The notes: a model not told the origin generated them from the sequence alone. Positions 16,683-25,494 are shown, numbered from the stretch's first letter. The stretch: DNA of 64,000 nt from Planctomycetota bacterium (GCA_003695705.1 RFHU01000219.1:15825-79824), one strand, 5' to 3'. Program-made: numbers and translations.

Positions 16683-17926
16683 GGTCGCTCCCAGCGCAGG
16701 CTGCGTTCGATGGCCTGCGCCTGCTCTCCGTAGGGGGAGCCGGGGGCGCGGAGCACCAGGAGCGAGATCACGCGCCGCCCACCCGGAGGAAAGAGGAAGC
16801 GCTGCACTGCCTGGACCGAGCGACCGGACACTCGGGCGCGGAATTCGAGGCGGAGGCCGCGGTCGGGCGTGCGCTCGCTGGAGAGGCGCTTGTAGCCTTG
16901 CCAGGTCTCCCAGGCCGACACTTCGACGGCTCGGGCCAGGGCGTCCGGGTCTTCGAGATCGGGGCGCTCTTCGGCGCGGAGCCGGACCTCGAGGCCGTCG
17001 GTCGCGAAGCCCAGGCGCTCGCCGGGGTCGGTGGTCGGATGCAGGCGCGCACCGGCGGGCACCAGCACCGAGACCCCCAGCAGGCTGCGAAAGCGTTGCC
17101 CAGGCTCGGGCCGGCTCTCGGGCTGCGCGAGGGGGCCCGCGCGCCAGTCCGTGAGGCTCCCCAGCTCGGGGAGGAGGCTCCGCAGTTCCTCGGCGACGGC
17201 TTCGACTTCCGCCGCGGGACCGGGCGCGGCGGCGTTCGGGTCGAAGGCGGTCGCCCAGACCTCGGCACGGGCGCGGAGGAGCGGGACGAGGCGCAAGAGG
17301 AGCTCGGCGATCCGGGGCCGCGGCGGGAGGAGCAGGCGGCGCTGGTAGGTGGCGAGGTCCATGCGCGCCATGCGCAGGACGGCCTCCCAGCCAGGAAGGA
17401 AGCGTTCGTCGAAGCGTTCGCGCATCTCGCCTCGCCGAGCGGGAGTCCGCTCGGCCACGGCCCGATGCCAGCGACCGCGCCGCTCGAGAGCCGCGGCCAG
17501 ATCGCGGAAGCGACGTGCGGCGACCAGGTACCAGCGGTGCATGCGCTGCGCGGCTGCGCGCGCTTCTTCGGGGTTCCCCAGGGCGAACTCGACTCGCTCG
17601 AGCGGCTCTTCGGTGCCGGGCGCGGTCACTTCGAGGACGTAGCGTCCGGGCAAGAGGAGTCGCGCGGTCCGCAGCAACACCTCGCCTCGTCCGTCCGCGG
17701 TGAGAGCGAAGGGGGTTTCCAGCGCGGTCCGCTCTCCGCGCCGCAGGCGCGCGCGCAGCTCGCGACCCGAGAAGTCGGGCAGGCGCGCTTCGCTGCGCAG
17801 GGTCGCCAGGCCGTGCGTTCGCTCCACCCGCGGCGGCTCCAGCGGCGCGGCCCGAGCCTCGGTTTCGGCCGTTGCGGCGAGAGCCGCCGGGATCAGACAA
17901 AGCAGGGCGCGCCGAGGTCCCCTCAC
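16679..17926 (-). CDS. Secreted hypothetical protein (about 415 aa), co-transcribed with the PDZ-toroid-cytochrome c gene
   Basis: GTG start. The signal peptide is RRALLCLIPAALAATAETEA. No recognisable domain was found. It is translationally coupled to the downstream gene. Confidence 0.45.
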   Translation of the reverse strand: MRGPRRALLCLIPAALAATAETEARAAPLEPPRVERTHGLATLRSEARLPDFSGRELRARLRRGERTALETPFALTADGRGEVLLRTARLLLPGRYVLEVTAPGTEEPLERVEFALGNPEEARAAAQRMHRWYLVAARRFRDLAAALERRGRWHRAVAERTPARRGEMRERFDERFLPGWEAVLRMARMDLATYQRRLLLPPRPRIAELLLRLVPLLRARAEVWATAFDPNAAAPGPAAEVEAVAEELRSLLPELGSLTDWRAGPLAQPESRPEPGQRFRSLLGVSVLVPAGARLHPTTDPGERLGFATDGLEVRLRAEERPDLEDPDALARAVEVSAWETWQGYKRLSSERTPDRGLRLEFRARVSGRSVQAVQRFLFPPGGRRVISLLVLRAPGSPYGEQAQAIERSLRWERP

Positions 17927-18157
17927 TTCCCTCACGCTACTCCGCGCCTCGCTCACGGTCCATACGCCCGGCACGCGGTGCACGCGGCGCGTGTCCTCGC
18001 GACGCCCGCCCACCGGCTCGTCCCCTGCGCGCAGAGGGCCCCCTCGCGGGCGCCGACGGACGGCTTGCCCGGCCGCGCGGTCGGCAGTCGGCCCTTCGCC
18101 CGGATCGTGTCGGCTCGGGGGGGCAGGCGCCGGACGGGGCGGGGCACCACCGCCGCT

Positions 18158-19123
18158 TCAGGCGTCGTCGGCAGGGCCCGGGCGCCAACCGTCCTCGGTC
18201 CACACACCCTCCTCCAGCGCGTCTTCGACCCGGTCCTGCTCTGCGAGCTCGCGGCGGAGACGACGGGTCACGACGACGTGCCGCGCGAAGGCCACGAGCG
18301 CCAACAGCGCCATGACGCTCCACACGTCGAGGCTGAAGAGCAAGGTCCGGAAGGTGCTGTGCTCGGCCTTCAGCTCTTCGACCCACTCCATCTCCGCCTC
18401 GAGCGCGTCGCGCCCGAGCACGACGCGGAAGGCCGCGTTGGTATCGGCGCTGCGGGCGAGCGCGTCGACGAGGTCGGCGAGCGCCGCCCGCTCGCCGAGC
18501 CAGCACACGAAGGCCATGCTCTGGGTGTAGGCTCGCCCCGAGGCCTGACCGTGATCTGGGAACCGCGCGGCCAGCTCTCCAAAGGGCTTCAGCTCCCCGA
18601 AGCGCGCCCAGCCCGTGAGCGCAGACGCTTCCTCGCCGGTGGGGGTGCGCCCTGCAGCCCATTCGGCGAGTCCTTCGTTGAGCCAACGCTCCAGGCGCCG
18701 TCCGCGCCGACGCTCGACCTCGCCCAAGACGAGGTGGGCGAGTTCGTGGCCAAGGGTCCGCTCGAGGCCCGCGTCGGTTCCTTCGCGCAAGCCGCTGCGG
18801 CGAATGACGACGAGGTCTCGCGCGGGGAAAGCCATGGCCAGCACGTAGGGCGCCGGTGGTGTGCCGGCGATCCCCTCCACCCGGCGGGCGAACTCCCGAT
18901 CGTTGGGCGCCAGGACGACGTGCGGTCGCGCAGGCAGCCCTCGCCCAAGGCGGCTCTCCACCGAGGCGCGTGCGCGGCCGAGAATGCGCACCACCCGCGC
19001 CGCCACTCCAGCGTCGCTGGGGAGGTGCTCCACCACGACGCCGGGAGATGCGCGAAGCACGTAGCCCTCCTCCTGTCCTGCAACTGCGGCCGGAAGGAGC
19101 AGGGCGAGCGTCAGCACCTCGAC
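18158..19123 (-). CDS. Putative zinc metalloprotease-like protein (HExxH...E) with a C-terminal TM helix
   Basis: It has a signal peptide and the motif GHELAHLV plus a downstream NEGLAEW (zincin-like). The C-terminal hydrophobic helix is WSVMALLALVAFA. The start is placed at the GTG after the actin-like gene. Confidence 0.45.
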   Translation of the reverse strand, partial: VEVLTLALLLPAAVAGQEEGYVLRASPGVVVEHLPSDAGVAARVVRILGRARASVESRLGRGLPARPHVVLAPNDREFARRVEGIAGTPPAPYVLAMAFPARDLVVIRRSGLREGTDAGLERTLGHELAHLVLGEVERRRGRRLERWLNEGLAEWAAGRTPTGEEASALTGWARFGELKPFGELAARFPDHGQASGRAYTQSMAFVCWLGERAALADLVDALARSADTNAAFRVVLGRDALEAEMEWVEELKAEHSTFRTLLFSLDVWSVMALLALVAFARHVVVTRRLRRELAEQDRVEDALEEGVWTEDGWRPGPADDA

Positions 19124-19187
19124 ACAAGAACGCCGCCGGCGTGCAGGGCGACGGCGGCGTTCGGGGACTCGGCGCAACGGGCGCAGG

Positions 19188-20252
19188 CTACTCGGGGTTG
19201 TCGGCGTCGGCGGCTGCGGCCACCAGCGCCCCGCGCGCGCAGGATGTGAGTGGGTCGTCGGCGCGACGAATCTCCTTGATGGGGATGGGGAACTGCATCC
19301 TGCTGAACTCGTCGCGGACGACGTCGATGAACCCACCGATCTTGCTGGTCCCGCCGGCGAAGACGATGTCGACCGGATCGGGGAACTGCGGCATGTCCTC
19401 GGAGGTCTCGAAGCGGTTCTTGATCTCGGTGAGGGTGTAGCGGATCAGTTCGCGGTAGTAGAGGTCGATGGCCTGCTCCTCGCGGGTCCGAGGGTTGCGC
19501 AGATCCACTCCCTTCTCCTTGAGGGCCGTCGCGCGGGAAGCCTTGATCCCGAGGACCTTGGCCACGTTGCGGTCGATCCAGTCGCCGCCGCGCGCGGTGG
19601 AAAAGGAGAGGGCCGGCAGGGTCTTGTAGGCCACGCACACGTTGAACATGCCGCCGCCGCAGGAGATGCCGATGCCCGTGAAGTCGTCCTCGTCCAGTTC
19701 GGCGAAGACGATGCAGTGGCCTTCGAGGATGTCCTTGGGGTTGTAGCCCAGCTTGCGCAAGAGGTCGTTGAAGATGCCCTTGTGGTAGACGACGTTCATT
19801 TCGAAGTCGATGGGGTCGGCGGGCACCGAGTAGTAGACGACCTCGTTGGGCACGGCCGGGGGGCCGAGGAGGCGGTCGACGAGCAGCTTCTCGATGGGCA
19901 GCGCGTCGGCCTCCTTGGGGGAGAGCATGCCGTCGGACATGGGGCGACGGGTCTCTCGGTTGTAGATGTTCGCCAGATCGAAGGCCGGGTCGCCGACGAC
20001 GATCATCTTGTTGTTGAGGATGACGTACTGCACGTCCATCTTCGTGAGCATGTTGCGCGTGAAGTCGTTCTGCTCGATGTCGATGAACGCGTTGCGCTGC
20101 ACCTTGATGATTACGTTGCCGTCGTAGTCCTGGACGGCCGCCAGCAGGTTGGCGGTCCCCACGTCCAGCCCCTTCCCCGGGCGCAAGCGAGGCTGGGAAG
20201 TCGATCGCGGGGCAGAGCCGGTCCCGAAATCGATGCTGGGCTTGTCGGTCAT
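19188..20252 (-). CDS. Divergent actin-fold (ASKHA) ATPase, MreB-like motifs
   Basis: The ATG at 20252 has GGAGGA 10 nt upstream; the track TTG is at 20270. The motifs are phosphate-1 LDVGTANLLAAV, phosphate-2 GISCGGGMFNVCV and adenosine IVFAGGTSKIGGF. Composition is I/N/K/F/Y-rich, atypical for the window. Confidence 0.6.
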   Translation of the reverse strand: MTDKPSIDFGTGSAPRSTSQPRLRPGKGLDVGTANLLAAVQDYDGNVIIKVQRNAFIDIEQNDFTRNMLTKMDVQYVILNNKMIVVGDPAFDLANIYNRETRRPMSDGMLSPKEADALPIEKLLVDRLLGPPAVPNEVVYYSVPADPIDFEMNVVYHKGIFNDLLRKLGYNPKDILEGHCIVFAELDEDDFTGIGISCGGGMFNVCVAYKTLPALSFSTARGGDWIDRNVAKVLGIKASRATALKEKGVDLRNPRTREEQAIDLYYRELIRYTLTEIKNRFETSEDMPQFPDPVDIVFAGGTSKIGGFIDVVRDEFSRMQFPIPIKEIRRADDPLTSCARGALVAAAADADNPE

Positions 20253-20543
20253 TGAGCGTTCGTCCTCCAAGAACCGGGGACCCTTCCCCTGGCGAGCACC
20301 GAGCTTACCGGAAGTTCGCCCCGTGTCTACCGGGGCTGGGTCATCGCGCGCCGCGCCCGGTCGGCGCGGTCGACTTCGCAGCGGAGACGCCTTTGCCGGG
20401 TCGTTTCGTCCGGTGCTTGCGCGTCCGATGGCACGCGACTCGTTCGCGCGCTCGGGCGGAGCTCTTGCGCTTCGCCGACCGCGACCCGGGCGCCGAGTTC
20501 GCGTGCGCCCGCCGACCGCATCGCCGGCGCTGCCCGCGGTCGC

Positions 20544-21641
20544 CTACTGCTTGCGCAGGTTGCGGAGCTTGGCCAGCTTCCCGGAGACGCTGGCGGCCTT
20601 CTGCTCCTTGACCTTGACGTCGGCCATGTTCGTTTCGAGCGTCCCCGCCTCTTCGAGCATGGTGCTGAAGAGCGCAGAGGCTTGCTCGGCGGTAAGGTCC
20701 ATGCCTTCGCCGCCCTTGCCGGCCGTCGCCTTGCGAACCGCGTCGCTGATGTTCTGCTGCAGCTTGGCGAACTGCTTGGAGAGGTCGGGCGCTTCCGCGG
20801 TTCCCGCGCCGGCGCGCCGCGCCTCCACGAGGGAGTTTGCAATCCCCGCCAGCATTTCCTGCATGCGGGCCTGGTTCTGCTCGAATTCCATGCGCATGCG
20901 CTGCATTTCGGCTTGGGTGTTCGGGTCGATCCCACCACCCCCCTTGCCTGCGTTGGCGCGCGCCTCCTCGAGTTCACGGCGGAGACGCTCGTTCTCCTCT
21001 TCGAGGGCGCGCACCTGCCCCTTGGCTCGGCTCAGCGCGGCGTTGTCCTCTTCGAGCTGCCGGATCTGCTTGCGGTAGCGCTCGACGTCGTTCTCGAGGT
21101 CTTCGAGCTGCACTGCGTAGCGCTTGCGGACCGCCTCGTATTCCTCTCGGGACACGCCGCCCTCGGCTTTGGAGAGCCGCTCGCGCAAGTCGGCGATCTG
21201 GGCCTCGTAGTTCTGGGCCGCGACGCGCTGCCCCTCGAGGCTCTTCTCCATGAGGGCTTGCTTGTCGCGCTGGAAGGCCTGCTTCTCCGCCTCGAGCTTC
21301 TGCTTCTCGGCCGCGAGCTGCGCATTTACTTCCTGGAGTTTGGCTTGCAGGTTTTGGTGCGCCTGTTGGATCTTCTTGTGCTCCGCCATCTGGCGGTCGA
21401 AGTCCGCGCGGGCCTCCTGGAGGATGCGCTGCCGCTCCTGCTCGCTCATGCCCCCGCGAGGGGTCTTCGCGAGGACGTTTTGGACGGCCTTCATGATGAG
21501 CTGGTTGATGTCGCCAGCTCGGAGGACCTTGACCTGCCGGAAGCCCTTCTTCTCGAGGTCTCGGAGGCTGACCTTGGAAGTGCTCTTCTCGATGACCTTG
21601 CGGACGTCGAGGACTTCCTGCTTGAGGTCCTGTTCCTGCAT
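20544..21641 (-). CDS. Long coiled-coil protein (366 aa, Q/E/K/R-rich heptads)
   Basis: ATG start. There is a short globular N-terminus (VKVLRAGDINQLIMKAVQNVL) followed by a continuous predicted coiled coil. It lies directly upstream of, and on the same strand as, the actin-like gene. Confidence 0.6.
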   Translation of the reverse strand: MQEQDLKQEVLDVRKVIEKSTSKVSLRDLEKKGFRQVKVLRAGDINQLIMKAVQNVLAKTPRGGMSEQERQRILQEARADFDRQMAEHKKIQQAHQNLQAKLQEVNAQLAAEKQKLEAEKQAFQRDKQALMEKSLEGQRVAAQNYEAQIADLRERLSKAEGGVSREEYEAVRKRYAVQLEDLENDVERYRKQIRQLEEDNAALSRAKGQVRALEEENERLRRELEEARANAGKGGGGIDPNTQAEMQRMRMEFEQNQARMQEMLAGIANSLVEARRAGAGTAEAPDLSKQFAKLQQNISDAVRKATAGKGGEGMDLTAEQASALFSTMLEEAGTLETNMADVKVKEQKAASVSGKLAKLRNLRKQ

Positions 21642-21743
21642 TGTCGTCCTTGGGCGTAAGCCTAAGAGACGGTACACCTTCGTGTACGGCGGGTCAACCG
21701 GGAAATGGCCTCTGCCCGGCCCCGTCGCGGACGTGGGCTCCGT

Positions 21744-23396
21744 TCAGCGTCGGCGGCTCCGCCGCGCGGAGCCCGCGTCCGCGACCTGGTGCTGCCGTGC
21801 GCCCCCGGGCTTCGCCGCGAGGCCCTTTCCGTGGGCGCGCCGGTAGCGATAGTAGATTTCCAGGGTCAGGACGTTCATGGCCGTAGCGTAGACCCGCCCG
21901 CCGCTCTTGCACCACTCGCCCACCGGGTCCCAGGACCCTCGTTCGCAGCCCCGCTCGCGCTGATGCGGTTCGATGGCCTGGCGCATGGCTGCGTTCCACG
22001 ACGCCCACTTGCGGTCGTCTCCGAAGTGGAACATGGCGTAGGTGCCGTAGTACCAATAGTAGAAGTTGACCGTCCGCTCCCCCCAGGCCGGCGGTCGCTG
22101 GGCGAGGAGGCGGACGCCCCGCCGCAGCCGGTCCTCGGCGGGGCGTTGTCCCGCGAACAAGCGGCAGAGAACCCCGACCGCGGTCAGGGTCGGCTGCTCC
22201 TCGAAGCGCCCTTCGTTCCCGCCGAGGACCGAGGAGCCCCCTCCGGGCGTCATGTAGCCGACGGCTCCGTCGCTGGAGGTCGCCCGGTCGATCCAGGCCA
22301 GCGCGCCCGCAAAGGCCTCGTCGGGGACCTCGAGGCCGGCCACGCGCGCCGCCTTGAGGGCCAGGACCATCCAGCCCGTGACCGACGTGTCGTTGCGCCC
22401 GTCGCGGACGCCGTAGCGCCAGCCGAGGCCCGGATTCCGTGCGGCGAGGACGAAGGCCACCGCCCGCTCGGCCGGGCGCCAAAGGCTGGGGAGGCGTGTG
22501 AGGCCGTAGGCCTCGGCGAGCGCCATGGTCGCAGTGGCCTGCTGGTAGGCCCCCGCGTGACCGCCCTCCACGAAGCCCACCGAGCCGTCCGCACGCTGCT
22601 GGCGGCGCAGCCAGCGCATGCCCCGGCGCACCACGCGCTTGAAGGGACCGAAGCGCGGAGTGTTGCCCTGGCCCATGAAGGCGAGCAGCGCGAGGCTTGT
22701 GAGCCCTACGTCGACGTTGGGCGCACCGAGGTTGTCGCCGGGGCCGGCGCACGTGGGACCCCGCGAGCAGTTCGCCGTCCACCCGTCCGAGTCCCAGCGC
22801 CCGTCGGGGCTCTGGTGGGCCGCCAGCCAGCGCAGGCCCTCTTCGGTCCGCCGGACCGTCTCGGGCGAGCCGCCGAAGCGACTCGCCCGGCCCATGCCGT
22901 CGCGTCGTCCGTAGCGCCCGGCGGACTCGCCCGGGCCCACACCGAAGGTGTCGACGAAAGCGTGCGCGTCGAGGCGCTTGTTCGAGGCGTGGTCCGGCTC
23001 GCCCTTGGGAGGCTCGGGGGTGGGCGGCTCGTCGAGCAGGTCCACCACGGGTTCGTCGGCCTCGGGGACAGGAACTTCGATGTGCGTCTCCTCTGCGAGC
23101 TTGGCGTCGTCTCGCGGCTGCGGACGAGGGCGGGGCGGCTTGATGGCCAAGGTGCGCACTTCCTCGCGGGCCGGAACGGCGATCGCGATGGTCATGAGTA
23201 CCAAGAGGAGTCCACCGTGTGCGACCAACGAGACTCCGTAGGAGGTGCCGAACACGGCGAGGACCCGCTGCCGCAAGCCCGCGCGAGGTTCTTCGCCCCA
23301 CGCCCCGTCCTTCTCGCCGCCGGGGTCGTCTTCGTAGTAGTCGTCCGCCCGGCCCCCGAATGGTTCGCCGGCTCGGGATCGGTTTCGTCCGCTCAT
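21744..23396 (-). CDS. Membrane-anchored alpha/alpha-toroid (prenyltransferase / squalene-cyclase-like) repeat protein, paralog A
   Basis: ATG at 23396. The acidic cytoplasmic tail is ADDYYEDDPGGE. One TM helix (LLLVLMTIAIAV) and a Pro-rich linker follow. Repeats include HQSPDGRWDSDGW, RQQRADGSVGF, NPGLGWRYGVRDGRNDTSVTGWMVLAL and NFYYWYYGTYAMF. It is a clear paralog of 23875..25443. Confidence 0.7.
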   Translation of the reverse strand: MSGRNRSRAGEPFGGRADDYYEDDPGGEKDGAWGEEPRAGLRQRVLAVFGTSYGVSLVAHGGLLLVLMTIAIAVPAREEVRTLAIKPPRPRPQPRDDAKLAEETHIEVPVPEADEPVVDLLDEPPTPEPPKGEPDHASNKRLDAHAFVDTFGVGPGESAGRYGRRDGMGRASRFGGSPETVRRTEEGLRWLAAHQSPDGRWDSDGWTANCSRGPTCAGPGDNLGAPNVDVGLTSLALLAFMGQGNTPRFGPFKRVVRRGMRWLRRQQRADGSVGFVEGGHAGAYQQATATMALAEAYGLTRLPSLWRPAERAVAFVLAARNPGLGWRYGVRDGRNDTSVTGWMVLALKAARVAGLEVPDEAFAGALAWIDRATSSDGAVGYMTPGGGSSVLGGNEGRFEEQPTLTAVGVLCRLFAGQRPAEDRLRRGVRLLAQRPPAWGERTVNFYYWYYGTYAMFHFGDDRKWASWNAAMRQAIEPHQRERGCERGSWDPVGEWCKSGGRVYATAMNVLTLEIYYRYRRAHGKGLAAKPGGARQHQVADAGSARRSRRR

Positions 23397-23412
23397 TCGG
23401 GCCTCCGGGGAG

Positions 23413-23484
23413 CGCAATTGCGATTTCGTCACGCGCTTCAGCTTCTCTACCGAGGAGGCCCTTGTTGAGTTCCTGGCAATTGCC
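23413..23484. promoter_or_regulatory. Two perfect 10-bp palindromes sharing the core GCAATTGC (CGCAATTGCG at 23413-23422, GGCAATTGCC at 23475-23484), 62 bp apart, in the 5' region of paralog A
   Basis: Read directly from the sequence. They lie 17 to 88 bp upstream of the ATG at 23396. Candidate operator pair. Confidence 0.4.
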
Positions 23485-23817
23485 GAAACGGCCAGAGCCG
23501 GGGTGGGTCCTGCGCAACCTCTTCGGCTGCAGTGCCTTCTGCGCGGAGGGCGCTGTGGCGGGGGCGCCGCGACTCCGTTCGGTCGGGGGGCCGGGCGGTC
23601 AGACCTCGCGGCGAAGCCGCCCGGCCCCGCCAGCGGTCCGTTGCGGAGGGCAGCGATCCCTGCGGTCGCGGGGTTGCAGAAGTGCCTCGCCCCTCGTTCG
23701 GGCTTCTTGGCCGCCGCGCCGGATCGGTCCCGGTACCGAGCGACGCAGCGGCCGGGCAGGGCTGGGCGGGGGCTTGGTTGCGCCCCTGGGCAGGTGCGGG
23801 CCTTCCCTACGAGAGAC

Positions 23818-23850
23818 GCCCGAGCCCCCGCCTTGGGGCGGGGCTCGGGC
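23818..23850 (-). terminator. GC-rich hairpin GCCCGAGCCCCCGCC-ttgg-GGCGGGGCTCGGGC after paralog B (intrinsic-terminator candidate, no U-tract)
   Basis: It is a 14-bp stem with one bulge and a 4-nt loop. It begins 25 nt downstream of the paralog B stop on the minus strand. Confidence 0.4.
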
Positions 23851-23874
23851 GTTCTCCCTCCGGCTCCCAGCGCC

Positions 23875-25443
23875 TCAGTGGGCCTGAGCGCGCTCGTAGC
23901 GGTAGTAGATCTCCAGGGTGAGCGCGTTGATGGCGGTGGCGTAGACCCGTCCGCCGGCAAGGCACCACTCGCCCACCGGATCCCACGAGCCGTCCTCGCA
24001 GCCTCCCATGCGCTGGTTGGGCAAGAGGGCTTCCTGCATGGACTTGTTCCAGGCCTTCCACTTCTCCCCGCCCACCTGGAACATGGCGTAGGTGCCGTAG
24101 TACCAGTAGTAGAAGTTGACCGTCCGGTAGTTGGTCCCCTTCCAGGTCGGCGGGTTCTCGCTGAGGATGCGGGCGCCCTTGCGGATCCCGTCCTCGGAGC
24201 GTCGCTCCCCCGTGAAGATCCGACAGATGACCGAGACGCCGGTCATGCACTGGCTCGGATCGTACTTGCCGTCGTTTTGCGGAAGGAAGGCCGATCCGCC
24301 CCCGGGGGTTTCGTAGCCGACCTCGCCGCTGGCGGCGGTGGCGCGCGCGAACCAGTTGCGCGCCCCCTCGAAGGCCTTGTCGGGGACCTTGATGCCCGCG
24401 GTCTTCCCGGCCTTGAGCGCGAGGACCATCCACCCGGTCACCGAGGTGTCGTTGCGTCCGGAGCGGACGCCGTACTTCCAGCCGAGGCCGGGGTTTTGCG
24501 CCTCGACGCAGAATTTGATCGCCTTTTCTGCGTAGCGCTTGAGGGTGAAGTCGCGGGAGACCGCGTAGGCTTCGCAGATGGCCATGGTGGCGATGGCGTG
24601 GTTGTAGATGGTCTCGCCGTGGTCGAAGCCGATGGACCCGTCGGCCTTCTGCTGGCGCTTGAGCCACTTCAGCCCGCGGCTCACGGTGCGCTTGAAGGTG
24701 CCGAAGCGGTGGGTGTGCCCATTGCCCAGGAAGGCCAGCAGCGCCATGCCCGAGAGGCCCACGTCGTAGCGGGCGTCACCAAGGTTCGTCCCCGGGCCCG
24801 AGCAGGTGGGTCCGCGGGAGCAATTGGCCGTCCACCCGTCCGCGTCCCAGCGTCCGTCGGGGCTCTGGTGGAACTTGAGCCAGCGGAGCGCCGCGGTCAC
24901 CGCGCTCTCCGTGCCTTCGCTGCCGCCCTCGCGCGCCAGCGACCCCTTGCCCCAGCGCTGGCCGTAGGCGCCGGCGGCCCCGCCGCCCACGCCGTAGGCA
25001 TCCACCACCGAGGTGGAATCCAGGTTCTTGTTCGAGAGGTTGCTGAGGTCGGTGCCCTTGGGGACGTCCTTGGTGACCTCCACCTCCTCCTCGAGGACGA
25101 TGATCGGCTTTTCGACCACCTCCTCGGCCTGGATCTTGGGGGTCTTGTGCATGTCCCGCTTGAGCTTCTCGTCGTATTCCTGGGGCTTGACCTCGCGCTT
25201 GGCGATGACCACCGCCTCCTTCTCGGGCTCCGGGACGGCGATGATGATGGTCATCAGGATGAGGAGCAGCCCGATGTGGACGGCCGCCGAGATGCCGTAG
25301 GCCGAACAGGCCACGGCGATCAGCCGGTTGCGGAGCTGCTCCTTGGTCTGGATGTCGAACTCGTCCTCGTCCTGGAATTCGCCATCGTCTTCGTAGTATT
25401 CGTCGTCGTAGCCCACGGGCGCCTCCCGCTGCGTCGCTGGCAA
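23875..25443 (-). CDS. Membrane-anchored alpha/alpha-toroid (prenyltransferase / squalene-cyclase-like) repeat protein, paralog B
   Basis: Probable TTG start at 25443. The acidic tail is YDDEYYEDDGEFQDEDEF. One TM helix is present. The repeat blocks are the same as in paralog A (HQSPDGRWDADGW, RQQKADGSIGF, NFYYWYYGTYAMF). The composition is K-rich and lower in GC than the rest of the window. Confidence 0.7.
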   Translation of the reverse strand: MPATQREAPVGYDDEYYEDDGEFQDEDEFDIQTKEQLRNRLIAVACSAYGISAAVHIGLLLILMTIIIAVPEPEKEAVVIAKREVKPQEYDEKLKRDMHKTPKIQAEEVVEKPIIVLEEEVEVTKDVPKGTDLSNLSNKNLDSTSVVDAYGVGGGAAGAYGQRWGKGSLAREGGSEGTESAVTAALRWLKFHQSPDGRWDADGWTANCSRGPTCSGPGTNLGDARYDVGLSGMALLAFLGNGHTHRFGTFKRTVSRGLKWLKRQQKADGSIGFDHGETIYNHAIATMAICEAYAVSRDFTLKRYAEKAIKFCVEAQNPGLGWKYGVRSGRNDTSVTGWMVLALKAGKTAGIKVPDKAFEGARNWFARATAASGEVGYETPGGGSAFLPQNDGKYDPSQCMTGVSVICRIFTGERRSEDGIRKGARILSENPPTWKGTNYRTVNFYYWYYGTYAMFQVGGEKWKAWNKSMQEALLPNQRMGGCEDGSWDPVGEWCLAGGRVYATAINALTLEIYYRYERAQAH

Positions 25444-25494
25444 TTCGTCGACCCGGCCTCCGTCGCGGCCTTCGCCAACGCGCTGCTCCGTAGG

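Noticed and set aside
14724-17900. A single 1058-aa ORF on the minus strand
   Set aside because: Its N-terminal 400 residues are Arg/Pro junk. A separate gene (16679..17926) in another frame ends exactly where a GTG start for the real PDZ-toroid-cytochrome c gene begins (GTGA overlap). The ORF is therefore split into two genes.
20270-20270. TTG at 20270 as the start of the actin-like gene (track ORF start)
   Set aside because: An in-frame ATG 18 nt downstream (20252) has a well-spaced GGAGGA Shine-Dalgarno, so it is preferred. The six extra residues are uninformative.
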